Shown here piece by piece: positions 35,215 to 49,060 of a stretch of 64,000 nucleotides of DNA (within the stretch, counting starts at the first letter, position 1; the number at the start of each line of letters is the position of its first letter). The position numbers and the translations under genes were made by a program. The notes under the pieces were generated by a model. The model was not told the origin of the DNA. It made no database searches and saw nothing but the letters and a program-made list of their open reading frames with translations. Origin of the DNA: Octopus sinensis (taxonomy: Eukaryota); assembly GCF_006345805.1 (NCBI RefSeq), contig NC_043014.1, forward strand, positions 17,670,001-17,734,000. Reading direction: 5' to 3'.

Positions 35215-35749
35215 CCCCGTTTATCTCCTCACTCCTTAACAATTGGTTGTTATGTTCCTGTAAATTAGCGGTTCGGTAGAACAGACTGATAGAATGAGTA
35301 TGCGACTTAAAAAAAACGTAAGTACTGGAGGCGATTTGTATTGGCTAAAACCCTTCAAGGTGGTGCTCCAGCATGGCCGCAGTCTAATAACCGAAACAAG
35401 TAAAAGATAAAAGATACAGAACAAAAAAATGAGAAAAATAATAAATAAATAAAACACTTTGAATTGACGAGGTTCCAAGCGCAGATGATTCAGAAAGAAG
35501 ATTAATAAGTCATGTTCAGTTTAACACTCAACATAGTTATTTCTTCTTTATCAGAAAGTTTTTAAATTCCAAAGTTCCACAGATTTTTTTAAACAACAAA
35601 ATATTTACCCGATAAAAATTAAAATTAAAATTAGACTGACATTAGGATGTCAGTGTTCGGAGGACAGTTTACCAAGAAAATAGTGTTAATAATGAATGTA
35701 GTCTCTTGGCTAATTTAGATATTCTTCCCTAATCTAGGCACAAGGCATG

Positions 35750-36340
35750 ACATTTATTGGGGAGGGTGCCAATCGATTAGATCGACCCAGCACACAACTG
35801 GTACTTAATTTATCAACCCCGAAAGGATGAAAGGCAAAGTCGACCTCGGCGCAATTGAAACTCAGAACCCAAAGCCAGACGAAATACCACTAAGCATTTC
35901 GCCCGGCGTGCTAACGTTTCTTATTTCTTTACTGCCCACAAGGGGCTAAGCACAGAGGGGACAAAAAAGGACAGACAACAGGATTAAGTCGATTATATCG
36001 ACCCCAATGCATAACTGGTACTTATTTAATCGACTCCGAAACGATGAAAGGCAAAGTCAACCTCGGCAGAATTTGAACTCAGAACGTAAAGATTGACGAA
36101 ATACCTATTTCTTTACTACGCACAAGGGGCTAAACACAGAGAGGACAAACAAGGACAGACAAACGGATTAAGTCGATTATATTGACTCCAGTGCGTAACT
36201 GGTACTCAATTTATCGACCACGAAAGGATGAAAGCTAAAGTCGACCTCGGCGGAATTTGAACTCAGAACCTAAAGACAGACAAAATATCGCTACGTATTT
36301 CGCCCAGCACGCTAACGTTTCTGCCAGCTCGCCGCCTTGC
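35750..36340 (-). mobile_element. tandem cluster of three SINE family A copies
   Basis: Repeated head, central block and GCCCCTTGTGGG tail. Confidence 0.8.
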
Positions 36341-36374
36341 TAATTTAGGTATTACAAAAGTAATGTTAACACAA

Positions 36375-36730
36375 ATTCCTTTCTCTTTTATCTTTTAATT
36401 GTTTCAGTCATCTGACTGGGGCACCACCTTGAAAGGTTTTAGTCAAACAAATCGACCTCAGTACATGTTTTTTAAAGTCTTGTACTTATTCTATCGGCCA
36501 CTTTTGCTGAATCATTAAGTTACGGTTCCAAGTGGTGGTGGGACACACACACACACACACACACAATATACGACGGGCTTCTTCCATTTTCTTTCTACCA
36601 AATCTACTTACAAGGCTTTAGTCGGTCTGAGGTCATAGCAGAAGACACTTGCTCAAGGTGCCATGCAGTGGAACGGAACCCTTAACCAAGTGGTTGGGAA
36701 GCAAACTTCTTACAACATAGCCACACCTGC
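36375..36730 (-). mobile_element. SINE family B (tRNA-derived) copy
   Basis: Reverse complement of GTGGCT.TGT.GTAAG..GGTTC.GT.CCACTGCATGGCACCTTG.GCAAGTGTC. Other copies at ~33987-34150(+), 35210-35415(+), 50388-50540(-). Confidence 0.7.
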
Positions 36731-38189
36731 ACCTTTCCCTTAGATTTATCATTAGTAACAAGTTTATAGGATATCATGCCAAACATGTGGGTTGCCTGTA
36801 AGGATATTTATTAGCAAAAAATCTGCTTGTAATAATGATTTCAAATTTTATCACAAGGCCAGCAATTTCGGGGGATGGCATAAGTGGATTCCAGTGCTCA
36901 ACTGCTACTTATTCCGTTGACCCTGAAAGGATAGGCCAAGTCGATTCTGCCTGTTCGCTAATTTTTTTGCAAGTAATAATAATCCTTTTTACTATAGGCA
37001 CAAAACCTGTACTCAACTGGCCCATATTTTATCAACCCCAAATGGATGAAAGGTAAAGCCCATCTACCAATTTTTAGTGAAAATTGGCCATCAGAACATA
37101 ATGCACGTTCTAACTTACAGAGTGACATGTAGAATTATATGATTATACCATACCAGTAATCATGGGAGAGACGATTTTTAGTAAAGTTTATAAAGACATT
37201 TGCAGTTGTCAATGATGCAAGGCTTTAAATTCTTTAGCAATCTCTTGATAGAAAATTGTGTAAAAAAAAAAAGATAAAGTGAAAAAAAGTGGTGTGAAAA
37301 CATTTGCAAATCTAAAAAGTCAGAAAAAACAATTTTGTCATCCACCCACCCTCCACTCAGTGTTTGTAAAAAAAAATGTGCTGAGATCATAAATCTACTT
37401 TCAGTCTCCCCATCTCTCTCTCCACTTATATTGGTTTCAAATTTTGACATAAAGCCAGCCAGTTCGGGGGAGAGGGTAAGTCATTTACATCAACTCCGGT
37501 GATCAACTTGTTTTACCAACTTGAAAGGATGAAAGGCAAAATCGACCTCATCGGAATTTGGACTGAGAACATAAAGACGGACGAAATACCACTTAACATT
37601 TTGCCCGACGTGCCAACAATTCAGCTAGCTCATTGCATTCTCCCTACTTATGTTGATGTGAGAATCTGCAGCTTTGATGCTGCATTTGAACTTTACTCAT
37701 TATCATGTATAATTATAATAAACACTATATTCCTAAAGTAGCAGTTTATTCCCTCCTACGAAAACAAAACAAAAATAAATAAATAAAGAAAGAAACTTGT
37801 AAAGGCCCCGCAGTTCAGTTTGTCTCTTGGACATCAACAACCTCAGGGCAGGGCTTGACTGTAAGGTATTACATTTTTTGATAAACATACAATTTGAATC
37901 TCGCGGTTACACCACAAGTTTCTTTATCTGTCTGTGGGTAGAAAAAGTTGGATCGATCTGATTTATGTCTGGTCATCTTAAGCCTTCACAAAGATCTAAG
38001 AAGACCAAGCCTAGTCAGATTCAGAACCATAAATATTGTTATATGTTTACATGTTTATTCATTTATGAATCGACTAACCAAACAAAAAAAGAAATCTATG
38101 CACGACCTACATTTTTACTGAACAAAATCAAATTTATCCCATATCAAATAAAGGTGATTGAATTTAGGTCAAATATTGATTTCAAAATT

Positions 38190-39050
38190 TAGCACAAGGC
38201 CAGCAATTTCGGGGGAGGGGGTAAGTCGATTACATTTACCTCAATACTTAATAGACACTTATTTTATCGACCCCGCGAGGATGAAAGGCAAAGTTGATGT
38301 CGGTGAAATTTGAACTCAGAATGTAAAGATAAACGAAATGCCGATTATGTAAATAATGTACATAATTCCTCATCTCTTAAATAAAGAACTGTATTATCTA
38401 GGCAGAAAGCTAAAATTTTGGGGGAGGGGACCAGTCAATTAAATCTACCCCAGTACATAACTGGTACTTAATTTAACAACCCCGAAAGGCTGAAAGGCAA
38501 AATTGACTTTGGCGGAATTCGAACTCAGAATGTAAAGACAGATGAAATACCTATTTCTTTACTACCCACAAGGGGCTAAACACAGAAGGGACAAACAAGG
38601 ACAGACAAACGGATTAAGTCGATCATATTGACCCCAGTGCGTAACTGGTACTTATTTAATCGACCCCGAAAGGATGAAAGGCAAAGTCGACCTCGGCGGA
38701 ATTTGAACTCAGAACGTAGCGACAGACGAAATACTGCTGAGCATTTCGCCCGACATGCTAACGATTCTGCCAGCTTGCTGCCTTGCTGCCCTATTTAAGT
38801 TGAATATTAAAAGAAAAAATGTTCGGCATGAGATTTTCTTTTACAATATTTCGCATTTTAGGCAGCGAGCCAGCAGAAATGTTAGCATGCCGGGCAAAAT
38901 GCTTTGCTGTATTTCCTCTGTCTTTACGTTCTGAGTTCAAACCCCACTGAGGTCAACTTTGCCTTTCATCCATTTGTGTACTGGAGTCACTCTAATCGAT
39001 TGGACCCCTCCCCCAAAATTTCGGGCCTTGTGCCTAGAGTAGAAAAGAAT
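38190..39050. mobile_element. cluster of SINE family A copies, both strands
   Basis: Same diagnostic blocks; tail at 38552-38600 on the minus strand. Confidence 0.8.
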
Positions 39051-39349
39051 ATTTTGCATTTTATTTGAACATTCTGCTATATTTTGAGAAAAAAAAGAGG
39101 GTTGTTTTTGAAATTACTTTGGTGTAATAAAAGTGAAAACAGTTTAAAACATGCAATAATGTTTCAACTGAATGAATATAATTTTAAAATTAAAGTATAT
39201 TGTTATATAACATAATACTAATAGACTAGGATTACTAATAATGGTTCAAATCATGTAGAACATGTTGACAAAAATATATGGAAATATTCCCATAAATGAC
39301 ATAATCTTATAAACTAGCATTTTAGCATTTAATGAACATCTTAAATCAA

Positions 39350-39700
39350 GGCGTAGAAGTGGCTGTGTGGTAAGTAGCTTGCTTACCAACCACATGGTTC
39401 CAGGTTCAGCCCCACTTCGTGGCACCTTGGGCAAGTGTCTTCTACTATAGCCTCGGGCCGACCAATCCTTGTTAGTGGATTTGGTAATGTTTGTGTCTCT
39501 GTGTTTGTCCCCCCAACATCGCTTGACAACTGATGCTGGTGTGTTTACGTCTCCGTTACTTAGCAGTTTGGCAAAATGAGACCGATAGAATAAGTACTAG
39601 GCTTACAAAGAATAAGTCCTGGGGTCGATTTGCTCGACTAAAGGCAGTGCTCCAGCATGGCCACAGTCAAATGACTGAAACAAGTAAAAGAGTAAAGAGT
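39350..39700 (+). mobile_element. SINE family B copy
   Basis: tRNA-like head with A/B-box-like motifs; tail GACTGAAACAAGTAAAAGAG. Confidence 0.8.
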
Positions 39701-41290
39701 ATCTTAATTAATTCAGAACTTGCATATCTTGATCTTCAAAGCTGAGGATTTGTAAATCACTTCATAGAAATCAAAGTCTTTCACAATTTCCTTTTAATTA
39801 ATAATGTCACAAGATTAGAAAGCCTTGATGTCTCATGGTAGATCTCAAATAAATCTTAAATACTTTCCGCGTTGAAAAACCTTCAAAAGTATACACGCAG
39901 AAATTGCTAGAACTAAGATTAGGCTAAGTGAGAGGGCTGGAAAGGATTCTACAGAAGCTTTTACCTGATCAATCTTTACTGTCTTCTGGTACCTTCCAGC
40001 TTTGGTATTTCTATTAAAAGAGCACTTTTAGATAGTTCACCATGGAAAGTGGCTAGTTTTGGGAACTGGTGCCTTTAGCTCTTCTTCAGTGACGGATATA
40101 AGAGTCATCATTTAAACAACCTCAAACATGGTTGCAAATTCCTTGACAGGTCTTGATCAGAATGAACGTGATTGATGCATTCTTATTTTCTTGTTGAGGA
40201 GTACATTTGACCTCATTTGCCACTCCCAACCCTTACTATCTAGCTTCCTCTTGAATTTAACTTTTCTCTCTACCGCAATTCCATATTTGCCTGCTTTTAG
40301 AGGCATTTGTTCAACTGTACACTCAAGCAGGTAACTGCACTCCTTGAACAGGTAAAAATAAAAAAGCTTTAGCACCTCTAGTTATGTCACTATTTTGTCA
40401 AGACTGAAGTTCTTAATCTGTAGGTATTATAGTGTAAAAATTAACTGCCTGAAATACACCACATCAAAAATAAAGACAGCAGAGGAAAACGAAATCACAG
40501 ATAAGGGAAAAGGGTTTCTATTGCTCTTCTTGTGTTCAGATTTTCACAAAGAGCTTCAATGAGTGTGATTGAAAAGTCATCAATAGAGTTTTTTTATTAG
40601 TCTAATTGTCTATTAAATCTTTATTATGAATAATAGATTGCTAATTAAGTCAGACTTTATCAAACTTATAAGAGTGCTAATGTAGTCCATATGGACATGC
40701 CCATGCATGTATATATTTCTGTATGTATTCACATTTACACACATATAAGAATTATACGCATCCACCAAATCATTTAAAACTTATTCATTTACTGAAGTGC
40801 AGCATACCTAAGCCCTAAGGTAAAGGACATAGAAACACAGATTTTTTTTATAGACTTCAATTTATATATTTCAACCAAATGTTCTTTCTTTTGGCTGTGA
40901 TTGCAAACAGCCAACTATGTAAGACAATACTGTCAAACCTTACAATACAAAAAACAGGCCTTTGCCAGTTTGTAGTAAAAGCAGCTATTGTACAATCTTT
41001 GAACAATGTAACTGCCATAAACAAAGATGAAATAGAAGCTTCAGCATTTATCTGAGCAAGAATCACATGGACTTTTATATATAAAATAATATGTGGCTGG
41101 TAGATGCTGTGTCCACTTAAACTTGTGCTGACTGGATAGATGCTAGGAGCTGTATATGATCGCTGATACTGGAGGCTGACTGTTTCCTCAGGAATTATTT
41201 TTTTAAAGTCTGTGAGTAATCTATTTGTTAGACCATAATGTTACAGGATATAAACACAGATATCATTTTTGCAAATATCATAGGGCTACC
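39700..41290 (+). pseudogene. degenerate leucine-rich-repeat (possibly Toll-like ectodomain) coding relic
   Basis: Stop-riddled plus frames give LAYLDLQS, VTRLESLDVSW, LSALKNLQK, GTGAFSSSSVTDI, ANSLTGLDQN, LSLYRNSI, SRLKFL, EIEASAF. Confidence 0.35.
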
Positions 41291-41600
41291 CTTCGGTCAT
41301 GAATGCACTTACAGTTACCCTCTGAGACACAAGTCTGGGCAAGGTTGTTTATGGAAGACCAGTAGTTGCTCATACATACCGGCCTCCCATCTTCACGCTA
41401 CCAATGTTATTCATGGGAAAGGCAAAGGTTAATACAGCTTGGCACCAGTGACATTGTAACTCGTTTCTACAGCTGAGCAAACTGAAGCAACGTGAAATAA
41501 AGTGCCTTGCTCAAGAGCACAACACACAGTCCTGTCCTGGAATCAAACTACCTCATAATTGTGAGCCTGATGGTCTAACTACTGAGCCATATGCCTTCGT
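41290..41600 (-). mobile_element. SINE family D copy
   Basis: CTTGAGCAAG.CACTTTATTTCACGTTGCT.CAG block. Other copies at ~45115-45365(+), 51400-51695(-), 54755-54962(-). Confidence 0.7.
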
Positions 41601-41615
41601 GTGTGTGTGTGTGTG

Positions 41616-41668
<53 letters not shown>

Positions 41669-41945
41669 ATGTAAATATATGTGCATATAAATATGTTTGA
41701 GTGTATGTAGTGTGTGTGTGTCTCCTGCTCTTGACATTGTGAAATAGTTGAAAATGAGTGTCACCGACATGCAAGTAGATGTTTCTCATTTTCAACTTTC
41801 ATTAGAAACATATTTGGCCATAGAGAACAAAATACCTTGCCTGGAAACAGGTGAGGATTGGCGTAAGGAATAGCATCCGACTCTCTCAATAGAATCCATC
41901 TGTGTTGCGCAGACATAGAAAAGTGGACATCAAAAAGATGATAGT

Positions 41946-42250
41946 GGAGGCACATGGCCTCAAAGTTAGAGCAGCAGACTTAAAGTTGAGGGATCGCAGG
42001 TTTGAATCTCAAACCAGGTGATGTGTGTATTTATGAGTGAAACATGTAAACACCATGCAGCTCCAGCTGAAGGTAATGGCAAACTTCTGCTGACTCTTTC
42101 GCCACAACTTTCTCTCACTCTTTCCCCCTGCATCTAGCATCTCACTTGTGACAAATCGATATCCCATCCAGGTGGGGAATCTATATGCCAATGAAATCGG
42201 GAAACCGGCCCTTATGAACCAGGTATGGATCAAAAAGGAACAAACAACAA
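41946..42250 (+). mobile_element. SINE family C copy
   Basis: tRNA-like head GGAGGCACATGGCCTCAAAGTTAGAGCAGC..GGTTTGAATCTC and a (CAA)n tail. Other copies at ~54265-54525(-) and 57283-57545(-). Confidence 0.7.
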
Positions 42251-43894
42251 CAAAAGGATGATAATGATGATTTATATCAACTTAAATAGTTCTGATAGTC
42301 ATATAATACAGTGTTAACATCTTTAGTTTCACATTCAAGGGTTTTCAAGCTGTTACTCAATAACAGATTGATTTGACCTGTTATGTACAATAGCATGTCC
42401 ATAAGTTTTTTTAAATGTGTTTATCACTTTAAACAAATCATAAGAAATCATCATTCAATATTTAATATTGATTTAGAGAATCTTTATATTTCGTTATGCA
42501 TTCTAGTTCTAATTCACGTGACTTGGTAATGTGATATCTGGACTTAAAGTGGTGAGTTGGCAAAATAGTTACCTTACTGGGAAAAATGCTTAGCAGCATT
42601 TCTTTCGACTTAACGTTTTGAGTGCATATACTCCGGAGTCACCCTTACTTTTCATCCTTTTGAGGTTGATGAAATAAATACCAGTTGAGCACTTGTGTCA
42701 ATGTAATTGACTTACTCTTTTCCCCAAATCGCTGGCCTTGCACCAAAATTTGAAACCAATATGATATCTGGGCTTTTAATCTTGATGTTATTATTCACTA
42801 ATAATATATGTAACATTTTTACTATCTGAGTATCTACTTGATCACTGGGAATTTGGGTCTGAGGATGAATGTAAAATACACATCCCAGAATGGCATCAAA
42901 GTAGCAATCAAAGAAAAACCTTCCTCTTACACCTTCATAAAACAAAAGCAGCTAAACAAAAGCTATAAAGAAACCACTTAAGGTATTGTGATTAATATTA
43001 ACACTAAGTTGCGATCTGTTACATGAACCAACATTTATTGTTCCATCGCTGACACTAATGCCATAATATATTAGCATACGTATGAATGACAAAATTAGAG
43101 GTGTTTTATCTTAGCTATATATGTCTTGCAAACAACTTGCACATGCTACCAGTTAAAAGCTCCGTATACCGGAAGCTAGCAAGTGTATGGGGTCATCAGG
43201 AGAGAATGCGCGCCGTTTCGGGGCCTACCTCTCGACGGCATCAATGCTCACTGATATGAGGCCCCGCTTGCTAGATCAGCTGGTTATGAAGAACTCAATA
43301 TACTTCTAGCCATCACTCATCGTCTCTTTTTAGCCAAATCTAGTGGCTAGCCTTCACCACTGTAGATTGGATATCAGTCATGGTGGTATTGACTTTACAA
43401 TGAGTTAGGCCTAGCGATAACAAAAGTCGTCTCACGCTGTGTCCAATAAACCCACTACATCTGACTTCAATATATATATATATATATAAGCAATAATAAA
43501 TTTCTGAACGAGATGTAAACAGGAACTCCATGACAATGTAAGGTATACTAGCCATCTCAATATGATTAACCACTAAGGGTGGGTGTTAGTGTAGCTTGTA
43601 GCCCCAGGAGATCATCGTCTCCAGCTGGCTTTAGGCATACACTTTCCGTGCCCTTATGGTATTTGCAAAGGGAGGTCATCTTTGCAAATACCATAAGGGC
43701 ACAGAAAGTGTGCCTAAAGCCAGCTGGAGACGATGATCTCCTGGGGCTACAAGCTACAGTAACACCCACCTTTAGTGGTTAGCCATATTGAGATGGCAAG
43801 TATACCTTATATATATACATACATATATATATATATACATACATATATATATATATATATAAATATATAGGTGTAGGAGGTGTAGGAGGTGTAT

Positions 43895-44310
43895 AGGTGT
43901 AGGGGTGGCTGTGTGGTAAGTAGCTTGCTTACCAACCACATAGTCCCGGGTTCAGTCCCACTGCATGGCACCTTGGGCAAGTGTCTTCTACTATAGCCTC
44001 GGGCCGACCAAAGCCTTGTGAGTGGATTTGGTAGACGGAAACTGAAAGAAGCCCATCGTATATATGTATATATATATGTATGTATGTGTGTGTATATGTT
44101 TGTGTTTGTGTTTGTCCCCCTAGCATTGCTTGACAACCGATGCTGGTGTGTTTATGTCCCTGTTACTTAGCGGTTCGGCAAAAGAAACCGATAGAATAAG
44201 TACTGGGCTTACAAAAGAATAAGTCCCGGGGTCGAGTTGCTTGATTAAAGGCGGTGATCCAGCATGGCTGCAGTCAAATGACTGAAACAAGTAAAAGAAT
44301 AAAAGAAAAA
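43895..44310 (+). mobile_element. near full-length SINE family B copy
   Basis: tRNA-like head, central block and AAGAATAAAAG tail. Confidence 0.85.
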
Positions 44311-44342
44311 GAATATATATAAATATATATTATATATATATA

Positions 44343-44403
<61 letters not shown>

Positions 44404-44503
44404 TATATATATATTATATATATATATATTATATATATATGTATGTATATATACATATATATTGCATACAGATCTTCCTTTTCATCGTAAACCGGTGATT
44501 ACC

Positions 44504-44546
44504 GCCCGTTGACAAGAGGCAATTACCTCGAAACTGCAGTCCGTGC
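44504..44546 (+). ncRNA. decayed minimal hammerhead-like motif
   Basis: GCCCG-TTGACAA-GAGG(CAATTA)CCTC-GAAA-C-TGCA-GTC-CGTGC. The core differs from CTGACGA by two transitions. Confidence 0.4.
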
Positions 44547-44787
44547 ATATCCCTTAGGCTTACGAGAGAGGGATGACCTCCCTTTGCAAATACCATAAGG
44601 GCACAGATAGTGTGCCTAAAGCCAGCTGGAGACGATGATCTCCTGGGGCTAAAAGCTACAGTAACACCCACCCTTTGTGGTTAGCCATATTGAGATGGCT
44701 ATTATACTTTACATTGTCGAGCGGTTACTGTTTACATCTCGTTCAGAGATTTATTATTAAATAAATATATTATATATATAAATATAT

Positions 44788-44850
<63 letters not shown>

Positions 44851-44943
44851 ATATGTATATATAAAATATGTATATAAATATATATATATATATAAATAAA
44901 ATATGTATATATATATATAATATATATATATATATAAAATATG

Positions 44944-45096
<153 letters not shown>

Positions 45097-45429
45097 TCAT
45101 ATATATATACATATGTGAGGTAGTGAGTTTGATTCCCAGACTGGGCTCTGAGTTGAGTTCTTGAGCGCAAGACACTTTATTTCACGTTGCTCCAGTTACC
45201 TCAGCTGTAGAAATGAATTGCAACATCACATGTGCCAAGCTGTATCAGCCTTTACCTTTCCCTTGGATAACATCAATGGGCAACTGCTAATCTTCCATAA
45301 ACAAAATTGCTTAACTTGAGACTCAGAAGGTAACTTTCTAGGTGCAATCCCATGGTCATTCATCCCTCTGTCATACCCTCACCTCTCATCACCAGGCACA
45401 AGGCCACCTCTTCTGATGACCTTCGCCCC

Positions 45430-45765
45430 TTTTTAAAGGACCTTTGTCTTGCAAGTTACTTGATGACCTCGTCAGTGCTAGTGCCATGTAAAAAGCATCC
45501 ACTCCACACTGCAAAGTGGTTGGCGTTTGAAAGGACATCTAACTGTAAAAAACATAGCAAAACAGACCTTATCAGTGCTGGTGCTATGTAAAAAGCATTC
45601 AGTCCACTCTGTAGGGTATTAGGAAGGGTCTCCAGCTGTAAAACCCATGCCAAAACAGACAGTGAAACCTGGTACAGTCTTCTGCCTAGCCAGCTCCTAT
45701 CAAATCCTCCAACCCATACCAGTTTGGGAAATGGCTGTTAAATGATGATGATGATGATGACTATG
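45430..45765 (+). mobile_element. short retroposon family E with (TGA)n tail
   Basis: Ends CCAACCCATGC.AGCATGGAAAACGGACGTTAAATGATGATG. Other copies at ~47960-48420, 50245-50365, 57900-58206 (+) and 58612-58890, 60215-60470 (-). Confidence 0.6.
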
Positions 45766-45959
45766 ATGATATATATATATATATGTGCACACATGTATGA
45801 ATGTATGTCTATATATATGCATGCACATATGTGTATAGATCAGATGTGTAAATGGTGAAAGATCCTGCTCAGACTGAATGTGATGTGGGGATGGAACAGC
45901 TTCATAGATAGAGTCATAAAAGTTGAGACAATCTTGGGAAAACTAGACAGAAGACTGTA

Positions 45960-46350
45960 TCAAGTTGGCAACTAAGTTCCCACTGTTTTTTTAATGCCAA
46001 TATGACTGAGGAAGCCATTCAGATGCATGGCTGGGAAGTGCTGCCACACCCGCCGTACTCTCCTGATTTGGCACCAATGGATTTCCACCTCTTTCAATCT
46101 CTTTCAATTGCTATGCACGGAGTTTCGTTCAATACTGATGCAGAATTGAGAGCTTGGTTGGATCAAATTTTCGAGTCAAAATTGGGTGATTTCTACCAAC
46201 AAGGTATTGAAAATCTTGTTGAACATTGGGAAGAAGTTGTAAACAACAAGGGTAAATACATTATTGATTAATTAGTTGTTATTTTTTATTAAACCTTTTA
46301 AAAAATTTTGATTTTAAAAAAATGGCAGGAACTTAGTTGCCAACCTAATA
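45960..46350 (+). mobile_element. internally deleted mariner
   Basis: TIRs AAGTTGGCAACTAAGTTCC / GGAACTTAGTTGCCAACCT; GWEVLPHPPYSPDLAPMDFHLF. Confidence 0.85.
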
Positions 46351-46379
46351 GAAGAGGATCTAGATGCCAATTATACTTA

Positions 46380-47350
46380 ACTCAGGGAGAAACAGGAAGG
46401 AAGATTTTTATCCATATTCTACGATGTGAATACTAGAAGCATGAGGTGTTCCAGATTGCAAGGATTCTATCAGAGAGAACCAAAAAATCATTTGGTAGAT
46501 GTGTATCCAGACTCACGTCTTATGGAATGAAGGATACATGGAAATGCTAGTATAGGAGGTTGTTGAATAAGAAAAATGTAAGAGAAAGAGAGGGCCTGCC
46601 ACATCTAGCAGAAGAATCACTGATTCAAGTTGACACGAGACAATTAATGATATGAAGGTAGGGAAAACTGCTGGTCCATCAGGAATAGTTGATAAGATAT
46701 TTTAAAATATTTAACGAAGGCGGGTACTGGCATGTACTGATGAATTAATCAGTTAATAACAGAAACGTGTTATACCCAATGATTGGTGTCACAGTATCAT
46801 TACCACAAGGGCAAAGATGTATTAGAGGAAGGAAACTAAAAAGGATGCAAACTCTTGGAGAAGTAGAGATACTTGTTTCGTGGTAGATGTGGGTTGGAAG
46901 AAGTTTGGAGAGTTTTTACCTCTGCTGACAACAAAAGTTTTCTCCTTCAGCATGAAGGATAGACTGCATGGTACTTCTGTGATACTGCATGGTTGTAAAG
47001 CAGAGGCCTTGAATGTAGAAGACTTGTGAAGGCTAGAAAGTAGTGAAGCAAGCATGCTACACCGGATGTGTAATATTAGTATACATAAATATAAATATCA
47101 GAGTGCAAATGAGCTGAGAGAAAGGTCTGGGCATGAGAGGATTCAGATATTTATGTGCAAGCAAGAAAGAGAAACTTTTGCTGTCATGGATATGTGACAC
47201 ATGTGTTGAATGACTGCTGCATAAACAGCGAAGATGCTGCATCTCAAAGAGGAGATGATACAGGACAATTCTGATTGGCATTGAAGATTGTGGAGAAGAT
47301 CTGACCATCCCTGCATGCAAGGCAAAAAGACGTTAAAACGAGGCTAGTGA
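46380..47350 (+). mobile_element. degenerate RTE-clade LINE fragment
   Basis: MKVGKTAGPSG, PNDWCHS, CKLL-like RT pieces and a 3' GACGTTAAAACG tail. Confidence 0.55.
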
Positions 47351-47465
47351 TGGAGAGTATGGATCTATGTTTGTGTGTATGTACATATTCGTGTGTGTGT
47401 GTGTAAGGGGTGGTGGTGCGCACAAATGTATATAGATATGTATACATACACACACATACAAACAC

Positions 47466-47517
<52 letters not shown>

Positions 47518-48514
47518 CTAATCCTACAACTAGTGCCTGCTGCTGCATTCTTTGAATCCCATTCATCTGCTCAGCATCCTGTTTCTCTTTCACTCTTCTC
47601 CATCACATCACTCATCTTGCTATCATTTATATCCCTCAATCACTCATCTATCCACCAACCTATACTGCTTGTATAAACACATATGGTATGGGTGGGTGAG
47701 GGTTATCCTGTTATGTCATTTTTACTACTGTGCTCATCACTACTTCCTTCACTCATCACAACACCTAAGCACGAGAGACTGCAGCAGACCATTTTTATTC
47801 AATAAAACACCCTTTCTGTAATTGCCAGACATCACACACACACACACACACTCTCTCTCTCTCTTCTATTTCCCTCCTCAGTCACATTATCTTGAGCAAA
47901 CATCCACCCTTAGGGTTGTGAGTGCTCTTAGTATAAAGGGCAATCCTGCTTGTGCAGGCACCTTGGCAAAAGGCACTACCGCATCATACATTCTAGAGTG
48001 ATTAGTAAGCAAGCAAAAGGAAAGAGGTCTCTTTAGCTGTGTCTTGCTGAGGGTTTAACGGTTTAACCGTTTTAGTGCTTGTGCCATGGAAAAATGCACC
48101 CAGTGCACACTGTAAAGTGGTTGGAAAATTAATGGGAAAAGGTGCAAAGTGAGAAAGGACTATTTAGTCTGGTGTTAGTAATATGACAACCTCTTTAGCG
48201 CTGTTGTCATGAGAAAATGCAGCCAGCCCTACATGCTATAAAGTGGTTGTTGTTAAGAAGAACAACCTGCTATAGAAACCAAGCCAAACTGGAATATATA
48301 AGAATCAATCTATGAGAGTGGTTGCTTCCAGCAAGAACACCACACAGACTGTGAGGATCAATTCGAGTCATGTCAACATGAAAGTGGATGTAAAATGATG
48401 ATAATGATGATGATTAGGAGGATGACACTCATATATATAGGTCTTGCTCATATATATATATATAGGTCTTATATATATATCTTTTATCTCTCACTTGTTT
48501 CAGTCATTTGGGTG

Positions 48515-49060
48515 GACTGTTTATCAATGCCAGATCAGAAAATCGGAAGCATTCCATATCAGATTGCTCAGATGTATTCTCGATTTCATGTGGAAGGACA
48601 AGGTGCCTCACACAGAGATCTTCCTGAGGACAGGGATCTGCAGTGCCACAGCTTGCATCCTTCATCATCTTCTCTGCTGGTTGGCCATGTAATTTGGATG
48701 CCGGGTAACTGGCTCCCAAAGATGGTCCCCTTCAGTGAGATCGAGACTGGAAGTAGACCCTCTGGATGTCCAAAACTTCAATTTCATGACCATTTCAAAC
48801 TGTCTTTCATTTTATGTGGTGTCCCACTCAATTGGTTGTAGCCCCAGATTGTTAATTGGAAAGCATAGAAGTGCATGTGTGATGCTGGAGTAGAGCTGCT
48901 TGAAACTGAATGCAGGAGACTGCATGAAGAGAGGAGGAAACATCATCAACACTCTGTGGCTTTTGTTTGGGGTCACTTTCAGTGCCTTCAGTGCCACAGG
49001 ATCTGTCTGCCTGGAATTGGTATTGTCAGCCACCTCCACTCCCATGAGAAACAATACGTT
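48515..49060 (+). mobile_element. RTE/BovB-like LINE 3' coding fragment
   Basis: FHIRLLRCIL..WKDKVPHTEI, GHVIWM..LPK, GSRPSGCPKL, CLQCHRICLPGIGIVSH. Confidence 0.7.

Larger units (their letters stand above)
43494..44765. mobile_element. composite foldback: three copies of one arm, PLE-like, interrupted by a SINE
   Basis: Left arm 43494-43679, immediate inverted arm 43680-43810, and a full inverted arm 44573-44760 preceded by a hammerhead-like motif. Confidence 0.55.

Noticed and set aside
43170-43290. GGGGCCT/AGGCCCC-GAAAC stem on the minus strand
   Set aside because: Core elements are in an order inconsistent with any hammerhead permutation I could draw.
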